From: Bugula neritina
Taxonomy: Eukaryota; Animalia; Bryozoa
Direction: 5' to 3'
Length of the DNA: 64,000 nucleotides
Assembly: GCA_964035545.1 (NCBI GenBank)
Contig: OZ037767.1
Coordinates: 15,504,998-15,568,997 of the forward strand
Under the pieces are notes generated by a model. That model had not been told where the DNA came from, did not search any database, and saw nothing but the letters and a program-made list of their open reading frames with translations. Shown here piece by piece: positions 21,724 to 36,500 of this stretch. How positions within the stretch are numbered: the first letter of the stretch is position 1; the number at the start of each line of letters is the position of its first letter. The translations under genes were made by a program, and so were the position numbers.

Positions 21724-24700
21724 AGTTTGCATGGCTTTACCCAATTTTGGTTTATTTTTTTATTTTGTTTCAGAGTATCCAAAAGGAAAGCTAAAATTTA
21801 TTTAATATATATTATACCAACTTGAGCTTTACTATAATATCAAATAAATGCTGTGTTTTGTTAAAACAATGTTTGCAACTTTGTAGTATATTCAAATTCA
21901 TAATTTATTTGTAGAGTCACACAACAAGACACTACTCTGACACACTCACAAGTTGCCACTGATCCAGCAGTATAGATGATTGTTTTCTCCACTGGCTATG
22001 CTGTCACACTTTACTGATGTGGTGTTTGAAACAAACCAATTGTTTGCCTACGCAGACTAGGGTGAGAAAAAAAGTGAGAAATGAAAGCTGTTTTTAATAC
22101 CAACTACACTTAGTTTTTATTGAATGAAAAACAAAGTGAAATCATTAGTTATCAGTTAAATGACTAAATCACTGTTTATAAAGATGAAACACAAATAATC
22201 TTATAATATGCTAATGAAATTTGGCTTTCAAATAGCTTTTTTCGTATATTTGTTGAGGAAGTTTATCTTCAACAAAACTTCGTAGCTGTTGAACATGTGG
22301 AGAGTATTTTATGTTGCATAAATTTATAGAGTAAAAGGTTCTTATCAAACTTTTACAACTTAGCTTATCTACGGTTTAAAAGTGTGAGTCACCCTTCACA
22401 CTAGAGTTTTATAAAGTTTTAATGAATGTGCAGTATTTCATAGAATATTGTGTGTCTTGTTTAGCTATTTATACCTTTTCAGTGAGATTGGAGTAAACAC
22501 ACCTCAAAATTCACATCTGGTATCACATTGATTTATCGCAAGTCAAAGTACACCTACTAACTCGTCCTTCCTTAATACCTGCTTGCTTTTGCACTTCTAC
22601 TTATTTCATATACCTAACATTTCTCTTGCAGATGAATTACATCTTTTAAGTTGTAAAAGCCTTAAATAGCATGAAATTAATGAGGTTTAAACCGTGGCCA
22701 CACTAACTATTGATGCGTTTATTGATGGGTTAAATTACACGAAAATATTTTTTCTTTCTTTTCTAGTTTTACCTAAAGTATTACATACCATTGATGCAGG
22801 CTTTGCTGAAGTTTTTGGGTGATGATTTGTCAATAATTTTCCAGAGAAGATGATACCACGGTGGCTGAAGTCATTATGCAGTTTCCAAATTTCTTTTGGC
22901 TTTGCTCTAGTGAAAATGTTGAAAAACAATCAACAAAAAGGTTTGTACCATAAACTAAGTTATTATGTGCATGTTGCCAAAGCATAAAGTGTGCCGGACA
23001 TATTTAAGTTTCTGTTGAATTGCGTTTATGCTTTTCCTGCATGAAAAAAGTTCAGAGTTTCAGTTAATATCACTTGCCTAGTACCCACCTACGTTTTAAA
23101 TCATATTGATGCAAAAGTTCTTTTTGTGATAATAAAAGTTTAACTTGCTTAATTGCTATTCAATGCCCATTGAAGTTTCCAAACGTAATTAATTAGTTGA
23201 TTTGGCAGCATAGTATCGATAATTAATGAAGGCAGCCGGTATAATTATAAGCATAAATATTTATATCTACATGAAGATGTCATTCCCAATGATTGTTATT
23301 CTGAAATCAGCTGATTAAGTTATCACAAACTAAGCATTTTGACCAGTGGCTTTTACAATGTAACTCGGTGAAATTTCAGTCCTATAAGATAAATTGAATT
23401 TCTTACTGAAAATCGTGAAGGTATTAAAGTTTAAAGTGAAAGTTTAAAGGGTTATCTCTCTGCAAATTCTAATAGCATTGTGCCAATTAGACTTGAAAAA
23501 ATTTCAAGGCACTATAAAGCACTAAGCCCATTCTTACAAGTAGTTTCAAAGTGCACTGGAATTTCAGTTTACTTGTCCTTGTATAGAATTCTGATCTACA
23601 CTATATAGCGTTCACTATTGCCTGCTTCTTCTAAGCATCTATAATGTACTAACTATAGTTTGCTTTGAGAAGTGAATTTCTACTTGGTATTTTTTCCTTA
23701 TCGTTCCGTTGTTTGCCAGTAGTATTAATTTAATGGATTTTCTCTTTTCAAACACATCATGCAGCCTGCAACTACACAATTAGTCAGTAATTTCTTTCAT
23801 TAAAGTAGCTCTTCTGGTTACTCTTGCTCACCTAAAAGCCTGAGCCTCATTCAAATTGCAAGTTTTTAGAGTTGTTAATTTTTCATGCAGTCTTTCATTT
23901 TTTTTTGTTGGGCACAAAATTAGTATTCACTAGACCTAATCATTCATCTGCATGTATGCCCATTGTTTGTTCATAAAAGAAAAACCTCTGCTGAATATTG
24001 AACTAATAATGAAAATAAATTCCCTAAACTAAAGGTAGCAGTGTGATTTTGGTATTACAATTAGTTGTTGGCATAGAGTCGAGTTATTGACAAGAATTTT
24101 CAAATCGAAATGAATGAACTTCATTGTAAGTCAGCAAGATTTAGTCTAAGTAAACATACCATTACATTGTGTTTTATTTAGCATTTGTAGAAGGCAACAT
24201 ATATTTTAAGGATTATTGTAAACTTAAATGTAATTTTAAGTACTTTCCATGTTTGTTATTGTAGATGGTCTTGTTCTTTGGAATGGAGGTAGCAACTCCT
24301 TGTGTCAAGCTTAACTGATTGACTACTGAATCCCAATCATATGTTTTGCCAAAAAATGTGAAATGGAGTGCATGTCTATTTTATTTGAGAAAATATTAAA
24401 AATACTTTTGAAACTTCATCTAGCCAAACAATACAACAGTTTCATTTTATTAAAAAATATCATTTGCCCAAAATGTATTATGTAATCAAACAATTTCTAG
24501 AAAAAAAGTGCTTTCTTTCAGTTTTGCCAATGAATTACATATTTCATTACATGCTTGTCTTTATAATTTTATTAATTTTTTTTTGGTGAGTCACTTAAAG
24601 TCAATTCAACCTAGAAAAGTCTGAATTTCAGACTTAATTTCAAGCTGGAATATTCACATTTTTAGGTCTGCGTTTGCAAACTTTGTTGTGTTACTTTACT

Positions 24701-26388
24701 TTTTATAATTTTTAAAATAAATATCTTTTTAGCCTGTGCCTATCCATGATTAGAATAGCATAATAATATTTAACTTTTCTTCAATTTTAATAGATGAAAA
24801 TGTTGATCAGTTGGAGTATTCAGTTTAGCTGAATTTAACTTGCTTCTGCCAAAACAATCTTTTGGAGTTGTCTGCCCTTTCTTTAGGTAATTTTTTGACC
24901 TATGGTCAACGCAATAATTATAACTTTTTAAAGATGCTTGTGAACCTAACAATATAGCATAACTATCAAACCACATTATTCATTCAATATCTGCATAAAA
25001 TTTAGCCGATAATCTGCCACCCAATGAGCTTGAAAAGATGTTAGAATTCTAGCTCAGTGCTGCCATCAATGTAGATATTTATAATGATATAAAGCCAAAA
25101 CTCATTATTTATAATGATATAAAGCCAAAACTCATTATTGCATGAAATTATCTAACCATTCCTGACAAAGAATTGAGATAATAACTCCAAAGTTGGTCAG
25201 TTGAAACCATGGCAATAATACTTTAATCCTAATAATTGTCAGGTTTAATTTTATACCAAGCCCCAATAAGTACATATCACTATGACAACACAGCCTAAGC
25301 ACCTCAAATGCAAAAAATGTAGTAATGTGGTGCTACAAATCCACCAGTTACAAATGAGTAGAGCTTTCATGATTATTGGTCTACCATAATGTTTATTTAG
25401 TTTTAAGAACTGGCATAAATGCTATTATATGTGGGAGGTATTTGAAAAGCTTCCAACTCCATCTTCAACTACGGGCTATTATAATTATGCCGATAGTCGA
25501 GATACTACACTCAGACTGCCCTGTTATAGTACTATGATTGGCTACTGCAAAATTTTTGCCGATAGACAACATTTATTTATGATGCAATGTATCTCGTATT
25601 GGTACATAAGTGTTATGTCTGAGGACGAGATACTGTGAAATTATGCCCTGGCATCTATAGAGGTAAAGATAATACGACGTAAATCTGTTTTTCTATTTAA
25701 TATATTACACTGTAATTATATAAAATTTATTACATATGTAATGTATTAAAATTGTGATTCTTTTATATCAATTATATATGACTAATATTACCTTTATTTT
25801 GAACATATTATAATATTGTTTTATTCTTAAACAGCAATTATATTTTTATTATGTTGTTTTTATCCAGCTATATAATACTTATGGCATCTTGATATTTTAT
25901 TATTTTTGTACAGCAACTATATAAACATTATATAATTCTTGTAGAGTAGTTATAAAAATGTTACAATATTATTGTATATTAGATATATAAACATTATATC
26001 ATTATTCTATTGCAATTATCAGTGCATCACACGGCTTTTACGACTGTCAGGGTCGATCCTCATTTTGCCATTTCGCGATATTAGCCGCAATAAACAATAT
26101 ATTTTCGTGCGATAACATCGACTGTCTAGGGCGCTACTGTTGACGAATCAGAACAAAGAGAGCACATGAGCGCTGTAAACATGTACGTGTTGTTATGGTT
26201 ACTAATGATGATCTGCTACGTAATTTTTGTAGTAGACAACTCTCACAGAAATCATTAATTTGTCTTTTCCTTATTTAGCTAACAACTTTTGCCTAGAAAA
26301 GAGAGAAGGCAAGGTGGCTCAAGCGATGCTGTATTTTTTAAGAATGTTTTAGCATAAATTCTGTTTGGTTTATCCTACTAGAATGTTA

Positions 26389-29300
26389 CCTGCTGCAGCA
26401 TCAACACTATCATTGCAAAACTATATCTACTTATAACAAAATCTTGATGCCCATAGCAAAATTATCTACTTTATTGTGGCGGATGTGCAAGAGTTTGGAG
26501 TCATCTCATCAATTACACATAGCAACAGAAGAACACAATATAGAAGTAACAGAAAGCCAAAGACGGTATACCTTTATTTTTAACCAAGAAAGAATTTTGT
26601 TAATAAACATTATATTGTTAAGTTCACCATAAAAAAACTGATTTTACAAGTGGTTACATCTTTTCCGAAAATGAAGTCGTCCGCTCACCAGACACCTAAA
26701 AAATAATTATGCAACATGATATTTTTAAAATTAAACACAGATATGCAACAGTCATCACCTACATAATTTTTTATAAATTTAACAAGCTTGTTTAGTGAAA
26801 GTGTATAATACAAATACTAATGTTGATGGCGAAAATGCAGCGGTAGCCATGTTCCAGCAAGATAGTAAATCAATATATAAATAAGAAGTCATATCATATC
26901 TATGTTATATATGTATTCAATTCTGGTTTATGCTTTATGCCTTCAACTATGAGTGCACAACCACTAATCCTATTTCTACCAACACCATCTCTACCGCTAA
27001 CAGTACTAACGTCAGAACCAAAAGCAACTTCACCACTACTACTAATAATTCTATTATTTTATTATTATTACTTCTACTACTATACTACTGCTACTACTAC
27101 TACTACTACTAGTAGTACTACTGCTACTACTACTTCTACTACTGCTGCTGCTGCTACTACTTCTACTACTGCTACTACTGCTGCTGCTACTACTACTACT
27201 GCTACTACTACTACTGCTACTACTACTTTTACCACTACCACCGCCGCCGCCATCACTACTATAAATATTGTTTCTACTACAAATACTGTAAATCTTACCA
27301 GCAGCAAGTTATATTGGAAACTGTTAGCTCAATTTATCATTGTATTAGTGCAATAACAAAATGTTTATATTTTAATATAGTCAAACCTTTTAAAAAACTA
27401 GGCTGCTACTTATGAACTAAGAAGTTGTGCTACCCACCTTGATATGCACTCAGCTCCAACACCAAGCAGGTGGTTATGATGCTTCTCCACAATGGCCAGG
27501 CCATCCAGCTGTCCGATTGTATGCATCTACGTAAAAATTATTGGCATATGGTGCAAGAAATGATTAAAAACCAGATAGGTGTGCTAGAATTTATACAGCA
27601 TAATATAGAGTAAGGTAAAAGAGAACAGACCGTCAAGTGGTACAGCATAGAAACAATTACTAGCTATTATATGCTTTATAGAAGTTGGCAAATTGTAGCC
27701 CACTAGATATGAACTTTGGTTAGCATTTTATTTTGGCTTTCAGCAACTGCTTTAATCAATGATCTTGGTAAAACCAATATGTTTACAAATTAACACCTCC
27801 ACTAGATAGGTATACAGGTCAAAATATTCCAATTGGTGACATACTAAAAGAAAATGTATATTTATTCATCTTTGAAAGATTGCTAATAATTTATAAAACA
27901 GCGTCGAAATCAGTAAAGTAACAGCGCAAATAAGTTTATTAAACAGCATTATAGGATTGCCTATTACTAGTTTCATGATTTCTATTATTTTACTGGTTTC
28001 AAACATAATATAGGCTGAAAAAGCAATATTAGTTCTCTCACTTTTGCTAACTACATTGCTTGGAAGGCCATCATAATTAGATCAGATCAAACAAATGTGT
28101 TGACAGGTAGACTGGAACAGGCCTAAAATTTGCAAGGTATAATTTAAATGTATCTGGCCTGAAATTGCTGAAACTGACAATACAATAATATGAGAAACGA
28201 GCAGGGTTTTTTATTAAAGCTAGCAAAAATAATTCCTCTACATATAATTAACATACAGTTCATACATATAATATATTACTATGTCCAGGCAGCAGTGCTT
28301 GTTCTAGCCAAAAGAAAACTGATTTAATGGCTGATTTTAATGGCCATCAAGAAATTTATGGCGCACAGTGGCATTGTCATATTTTTAATATTCAAAATTA
28401 CAGTTCTAATCTATCAATCATTTTATCAATACTACTATACTATGATCTACTCCTGCTGCTACTGCTGCTGGTTCTACCACTGCTACCATACTGCTGAGTA
28501 ATGCAAGCTAAGTAATTTAAATTACAATTAAAAAAATTATCGGACTTTCTTTTCTATTACCTGTCCAGTTTAGCATTTCTTTCATCATAGCTTGCCATAG
28601 TAACTTGAAAATTCACAGGGTTTGAGTTAGACCTATGGAATATACTTACAAGTAGAATGAACCCACAGTTCTGCAATATGTCATAAAAACATTCAAAATA
28701 AAACTATAGGAAAACCAAGTAAATGCTTCTAAGTATTAGCGCAAGTAAAGATGCTATGCAATCTATCCAACATGCAGCCAAATGTCTCAAAATAAGTATC
28801 AGAGTTATAAATATAAAATGTTTCCAAATCAAGGCTAGCAACACTTCTGTTGTTGTGATAGCAAATTTTGCTTAATAAAGTAAGGAAACCAGCTTCCCTT
28901 GCATGACTCAATTTCTATTAAAGAAAAATTCTACTCTCCTAATCGCTGAAACACAGGCCTGTCACAAGTACATGAATGGTAAATCTACATGTTTCCCTAA
29001 AACCATCATCAAAACAGTAAACACACTGCTAAATATTTATTTTTACTTTTTCTGCTCAAACATTTAAATGGGCTCTGCAGGATATGACAAATACCAAAAT
29101 AATTCCACTTTGTGAAGTAGCAAATATGGACAAACAACCACCCTAATATTCACGCCAAAAGAAAAGTCTACGAAGTTTGTGTTCTCAGCATTCTTCCTTG
29201 TGGATCAAAAAAATGGGCAACATGTGGACTGCAAGAATCAAAGCTCAGCACTTTTCTTACCTGGAGTTTAAGATACATGTTGAGTAAAATCTGGGAAGAT

Positions 29301-29490
29301 AAAATGATAAATGAAGATGTATTTGAAATCACAGACCCGGATTCTCTTTCTTCAAAACTGAATTTCTTCTGTCTTCACTGAGCTGGTCAACATGCCAAAG
29401 TATCTCATCCGCCGCACTCGATTGCATGCATTAATATCAAAAGGAACTCATCCAGCTAGAAGAACTTATATCTAAGGTTTGAGGATGTCC
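26389..29490 (-). other. Candidate exon chain (lncRNA or decayed gene)
   Basis: AG/GT-bounded GC-richer blocks near 29490-29261, 28631-28560, 27528-27437 and 26571-26389. No continuous recognisable ORF. Confidence 0.3.
27055..27260. repeat. Compound trinucleotide microsatellite (ATT/ACT/GCT)n
   Basis: Direct reading. Confidence 0.92.
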
Positions 29491-30654
29491 TGAAACAAGA
29501 GCTTAAGAAATTTTACATAAAATCCAATCAATTTACCACCTCTCAAATGGAGGCAAAGCATTCTTGCAGGATGGGCATTCAACACTGGAAACAATATAAA
29601 GGGAGCTATGGCTAGATGTTCAAGACATGAATGCTAAGGGTGTCATGTATATGATCACTGAGATATTTATGACAATCTCTCAATATACCTTAGCATATTA
29701 AATATGCTTGTAGTTATAGCTATTACTATAGTTGTTATATATGCTACTAACTAACAAGCAATAACCGTATTACAAACATAGGTGAATAAGAAAAATAATT
29801 CAACAGTGGTGATATCAGTATAGGTATTATAATTTAGCAATTGGCATACAAATTAAAAATGATGAATATAATGATGGTTAAAGTTATTAGATACCTAAAC
29901 TTATACCTATATTAATTAAAACAGTGACTTGTTGAAAAATAAATAAACTAATATTCATTAAAACTTTATTAAATTAAAAGATAATGTTGAAGTAAAATGA
30001 ACAGTTAAACTTAATTTATTCACAATAATTTTAACTTTTTATGATCAACCTTAAAATAAAAACTCAAGTATTTGTAGCAAAGTTTTGAATAAAGTTGGAT
30101 TTTGCAACGGTTTGAGATACTTTCACTAGCACTATGTGCATAACTGTATAAGTTTTATCATATTAATACAGTTACATACTCATACTCAAATATATAGTAA
30201 CATTTTCAATAAATCAGGTATTAGTATTGAGATTGCGTTGGTCGAGATAACATCATGGTTACTCACTTATGGTTGTATACTTTAGCTTATACTTTTAGTT
30301 ACATGTACTACTGCCCTATTATTAAACTTAATCTTAGTCTGTCATCACTTAGAAAACATAATTCAGTCTTGAGGCAAATCAGTTTGAGTGTCGTTAGTTT
30401 CATTACCACTAATCATTAGATTTAGTCAGTGTACTTAAAATTTATTGATCAATATTACCATCAAATTTAAGTGACTATTATTATGAATACTATATCTATC
30501 AAATATCAAAAACTGCAAGCTTAATAAGTATGATTAAGAAAATCACAGCCAACATGGCGATGATTGAATTGTATGCTCGTGCTATTGAGATTCCTAACAT
30601 AAAGGTTAACCTTACATAATGATTAGATAACAATCATATTCAATTTTTCATTAC

Positions 30655-30783
30655 TGTCATTTGTTAGGAAAAGCATCCAGTCATAATTACTCCTATGCTC
30701 CAACCAAATAATTGCTTAGCCCCATTTAACAAAAAACCTTTCCCATCAGGGGTTTCTCACAGGGATGCCAACTATAAACTTGC
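30655..30783 (+). mobile_element. SINE fragment (same family as 58410-58630)
   Basis: TGTTAGGAAAAGCATCCAGTCATAATT...ATCAGGG...ACTATAAACTTG aligns with 58499-58622. Confidence 0.6.
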
Positions 30784-33567
30784 ACAACTTTTATTTAATA
30801 GTAAATTAATTTACTTATATAAAAATTATTACATTCACAGTGATACATTGATGGTCATAATGTTTTATATATCAATATCATCATTATGATACAATTATCA
30901 CTATTACTATATGATATCTTATCAATAAAATTTCATAAAGTTCATGAAAAACATTAAATATAACAATTTAATTAAAACTAAATCACTGCCAAAGGGCAAG
31001 GTAGAGTCAAAATTAAATAAGCTATAGGGTGTAGGCTATAAGTGTAAGTATAATTATCACTATAAAACTAAGTGACTGATGAGTTGGTACTTGGTAGAAT
31101 AAACATATAATGAACATAAACAATCATAAACTAAAACACCATTACACATATGATTTATGACCCTTTGGTTTCTATTTTTAATTTTAGCTTTACCTTGTCT
31201 TTTGGCATTGGTTATAGTATTAGTTTAGGTTACACCACTATCAGTTACTATGACTATGAGTATGAGTGAGTAGCCTTGCCCGTAGAACTAGGAGTAAGAG
31301 TAGATCACTAGAAGTAGAAGTATGGGTATCGGGGTGTGACTATAAGTATAACTCATAGTCATAGTATGATTATCTTACTGAAAGTGATACTCATAAACCT
31401 CAAGTGATAATCATAATGATACTCAGCATGACATGTAAGGTGTATGATAGTCAGTCTCGGTTATACAGAGTAGAATATCAAACTTTAAGTTTAACTGCTA
31501 CTTTGAAGTAGGACTTAGACATCACCATTTATGGGTATGTCATGCCGTCATAGACTATAGACATAGTATAAGGTTCTAATACTATAAGTATAACTATTAC
31601 TACTATAAGTATAAGTCTTTAAGTTTAAGTATAACTATATTTACTATTGATTAATTTCGATTTGATACTATTACTATTAGTAATACTGTATTAGTATTAG
31701 TATTACACTTTACAGTATTACTATTAGTATTAGTTGATCCCATACTGATAGTGATACTCATACCACTACCATTATGATTATGATTAAGAGTACTACAGTG
31801 AGTTATACTCACAGCTATACTGATTACTAATTTAAGATCACTCTAATCAGTAACTGTTATCACTAAGTATTAGTGGATTATTTATCATTTTATGATTTTA
31901 TCATAGTCATAGTGAAACTGATTGAGTAATACTTATAATTATAGCTATATTCATATTGGTAGTGATACTGATAGTGATGCTGATAGACTTAGACTTAGAG
32001 TTAGAGTTAGAGTCAGAGTGTGAGTCAGAGTGAGAGCGATATTCATGTTTATAAATATGATTATAACTAAGACTAAGAGTAAGAGCAAATGTAAAGTCTA
32101 ATCGTGACATTATAACTATTACCATTAGTGCATTCGTATTACTATTAGTATTAGTATTACTAATTATTAATCTATTTTCCAATAATAACCATGCATATGC
32201 CCTAGCCTATAACTATAAGTTTGAGCACGCCTATGGTATTCAAAATTGAAATTGAATCTTTGGGTCATTTGACCAAAGGAGCCGCGGACTCAATTAGGCA
32301 TTGGACCTTGGGGGCGATTCTAGTGTTCAAGTAGAACCGATATTCGGTCAAAACAGGTCTGGTCTATCATGGTGGCCAGTAATTTATCTGCGCAAATTTA
32401 CTCGACTCTTGTGTTCATAATAAACTCGGCCTGACTACTCCGCAAATGGGGCGATAATCATAAATTTCATAATAATATATTATTAGAGACTAATTTAGTA
32501 TGTATACACATGTCGGTAATTACAATCTAGTTCCATTCTTCAGGAAAACCCATTACGGATCAGGTTGGTACTATTGCTATTACTATTAGGTTGAGAATAT
32601 TATTAGTAAAACAATGTGCTCATTTTTGATATAAATTATTATTACTACTAGTACAGTAGTAGTACTAGTAGTAGTACTAGTAGTACTCTAGTTACTAGTA
32701 CTACTACTAGTAGTAGTAGTAGGCCCACTAGTAGTTATGGTGTCTAATACCTTGATTGAGAACTGTGAAAATCATTAGATTTAGTGATAACAGACTACCA
32801 CTGTAAGTCTGTAAGTGCTTTAGAGTTTAGTACTAGATGTACCACAAGTATCAATGCTTTAGGTTTTTATGGTGTTAAATACTCATTGTTCTTACAATCA
32901 ACTATGAAACCTTGTGAGTCTATGCCTAGTAGATGCGTTACTGATAAATAACTAATAATATCTGCTTGTTATATGGGGAAGAATTTTTTGCATAGTAATT
33001 TCTCTCGTGTTTGTATTTTGATTTTTCTAATTTCAATATACTTAAGAAATATCCTGGAAAGCATTTTTTGCCAGTTCATTTCTTCTCTTTATTTCTTGTT
33101 CATTTTAACCATGCGATATCAGTTATTAACTCTCCAAGGTATACTGTTTTAATTATTCGTTGCTCTGGTGTAGCATCTAGGATGGTGTTGATTTTAAGTG
33201 TGGTGCAGACTTTTTGAAAATCATGGCTTTTGTTTTAAAACCTTTCTTATCCATATCACAAAGTTTTCTTGCTTGTTTACCGCAATGAGTCTTAATCTAA
33301 ATAAAAAAGCAATATTTGATCAATTAAATTTTCAATCTGAAATTGGTTTTCAAACTGCTTTTGCCATTTAGTGTTCTTTTGCTGATGCTATATTAATGTG
33401 ATTTTAAAAGGGAGTTTGCTGCGTTATTAGATGTACTTATAATATGGGTATTTAAGTTCAATGGGAATATAAATATCCTTTTCATTATTGAAATGTTCAC
33501 AATGACAACTCTGTTCATAGCTGCTGACTACAACTTAAAAGTTATCTGTTTGGAATGATTTTTATAG

Positions 33568-36500
33568 ACTCTTGATAATGATGAATAGGCTATAGCTATT
33601 CCCTGTGCTTGCCACAACTTGAGACATTGACTGAAAGGAGTATGGCAGAAGATGACGTCAGAAGTGATGCTGCAAAAAGTTGAAACTTAATAAATAAAGA
33701 TTGAAGCTGCGTGAAAAGTAGGTGCATCTTACATATTTATTAAAATTCTACATCAATTTGTATTTATTCATAATACCTATTTGAAAATTCCCTGACACAC
33801 TATATTTATACAGCATTACAATATATAATTATATGTAATATCTTAGTTCTCATCTGTTTGTGGGTTGCATGTTCAAACAATTTTGTTTTATAATAATTTT
33901 CTGCAAATGCAGTCATGCTCAAATTTCTTGGACACCCATAGATAATTTTTGGTTTTGTTGGTAATTCATGTTTTCCTCAGTATTTATGAGGTAATATAAG
34001 ACAATGTACACACCAATTAAAAGCTAAATATGCTCTCAACATGTTTTAATTTCTGTGAAAAATTGCTATAAATCTGTTTTTAAGCATAGCTCTCTGGAAT
34101 TACAGTGGTAACCCTGAGAAAGGCTATTGAAATTCATATCGTATTGGCGAGGGTGGGGATATAGTTGAACCAAAAATTGTGTTTTTTAGCATGACTTGTA
34201 GAGAATTATTTTGCCAATCCAAAGACCATAACCATAAAAGTCAGTCATATGTTGCTGTCTTTGTCCTTTGAAATCAAATGTGTAAACATTTTACTCACTA
34301 ACATAGAGCCCATTTTTTTACTAATTTTTTTTTACAACGTGCCTCTGTAGGGGGCAGATTGAATCGCTCTGTGAAAAAGTTGAACCAGTACCATTTATCC
34401 TATAATATAAATTGTTTTACCACTTTTGCAAGTTGAAAAAAAATTATGAAAGATTGAGGATAAAAATCAATCAAAAAATCAGAATGAACTGGCATAAACA
34501 AATGGTAGAAACTCTGGATATGATCTGTGACGGTTACCGTTTATAATTTCATTAATGGGCAATGCAAAAAACTCTTTAAAACCGATGCGGTTATAGTAGC
34601 AAACTGATAAGAAAGCTTTCAAATGCTGTTTTCTTGTAATTCTTCTTTAAACTAATCACATATATGAAGTGGGGTTCTCCCATATGACATCAAAAATACG
34701 CGGCATGGTTGAGCATAACCAACTTTTTTAGAGGGCTGTTTGAGGCTCTCAATTTGATTGCGTATGATTTACAATACAATACAATTTACCAACTATTGTT
34801 CGATGGTCACATGTCTTGTTTTATTTTTTCATCTTTTTTGTTTTCAATATGAGCAAACAAGTAAGAATTGTATGGGTACGTTAAATTATTATTTAATTTT
34901 TCAGAATATTTCAGTTGGTGGCCACTATGGAGGAATTGAATGGAAAGCTGCAAAGACGGTTTCAGGCACTTATATGTAAGGCATTGGATATGGAGAGAGG
35001 GAGATCTGTGCTTATCCTTATATAATGCAAGTAAGTTAATTAATGTATTGCTGGCTTTTATTTATATGCATATAAAGTTTGTTTAGTGACTATTTGTGCT
35101 TGAAATTATTTGCAAAATTTAATTTGTCCTCTGCTTATAAAAATCTATTCAGAACTTTTTGCCTGTAGAATCTTCAACGTTTTAATTATATTTTTGTGGA
35201 GTTTTAGAAACAATTTCTTGGTACACAATCTGTTGCTACCAATGTAAGGTGACGGTACTTCTCTTGACTTCTAAAATGGAAGCAAAGCTTGTTTCCTCTC
35301 ACAATTACTTTTTGAGTGTGATGTTCGCTAAGGCACACATTTGAACATGTCAGTTACTACACTTTAATAGATGTTTTAGTATTGAATATATTTTAGTTTT
35401 AGGTAACATGAAATATTGAAAATAATGTATGCGAATCTGGTGAATGTTTAGACTTCAACTACCCCTATGCAAATGCAGGTTTAAACCATATAATCAAACT
35501 AAAAATCAATTATTTTTCTTTATAGTTGATTTCTAGTTTTTTAGGTGAGAACTTGTTTTGTTTTGTTAAAAATTGTGGTTGGAAAATATCCTTATTCACC
35601 AGGCCACAGCTGCAACATTTACACTGCATGTCATCGTGATTTATGATTGAAGGCTAAGTGCAGTGGTAGAGTGTGGCAAGGCATAGGTCTAAGTACTGAA
35701 GAGACCACGGAGCAGAAAAATATTTATATCTCAAGATGTGGCTTGATTACACAGCATATGAATTATGATGGTAACAAAATATATGCCTTTCAACTTTAAA
35801 GTTTTTTTAAGCTTGCATTAATCTTATTCAAGATAGTATCTGTCCAAGCATTTAACAGCACATTGTATAAGGTTTTGCAAATGTTATTTAACTTTGTTTA
35901 CTACTTGTTTTTTGCTATTTTCAACAACTCGAACATGCCGCCAGTTTTTGTAATTTTCAAACAAGAAATTTCACAAACTCCATCAAATTGATTCAAATAG
36001 ATGTTATATGCACTATGCAGTTACAAAAGAATATTTTATTAACTAATTATGAGTCATAGTGTGTTGTAAAAATCTAAAACTTAACTATGTATTATTATGT
36101 CTCGTAAGACTATTTTTCAAAAAATTCTAAAGGGTTTTATTTATATATAACTCAAAGCCTGCAAAGTTTTTTTTTGTCCAAAGTTCTTATTGTGACAATT
36201 AAAAGTCGCATCATAGTTTTTATTCTGTTGAATTACTTCATCACCCTTCGAAATTATTTCTTTCACTATGATTATTATAGTTGCTACCTATGATTACTTA
36301 ATTCAACATATATTCTTATTGTTATCAATTTTTTTTCATAACTGTCTTAATTCCATTTTCAAAAACTTATTTAAAAATGATATTAGCAAGTTGAATAGTT
36401 AGTTAAATGTGGCTTCAGATGCCATACGTGCATACATTGTCACTTTTTACATAGGCAATCATTGTATTTCCTAAATTAATTATTTCTTTTTAGTTTAAAA

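Noticed and set aside
25077-25138. 30-bp tandem duplication
   Set aside because: Ordinary local slippage duplication.
26930-27356. Thr/Ala-rich mucin-like ORF
   Set aside because: Arises from a trinucleotide microsatellite; no supporting gene structure.
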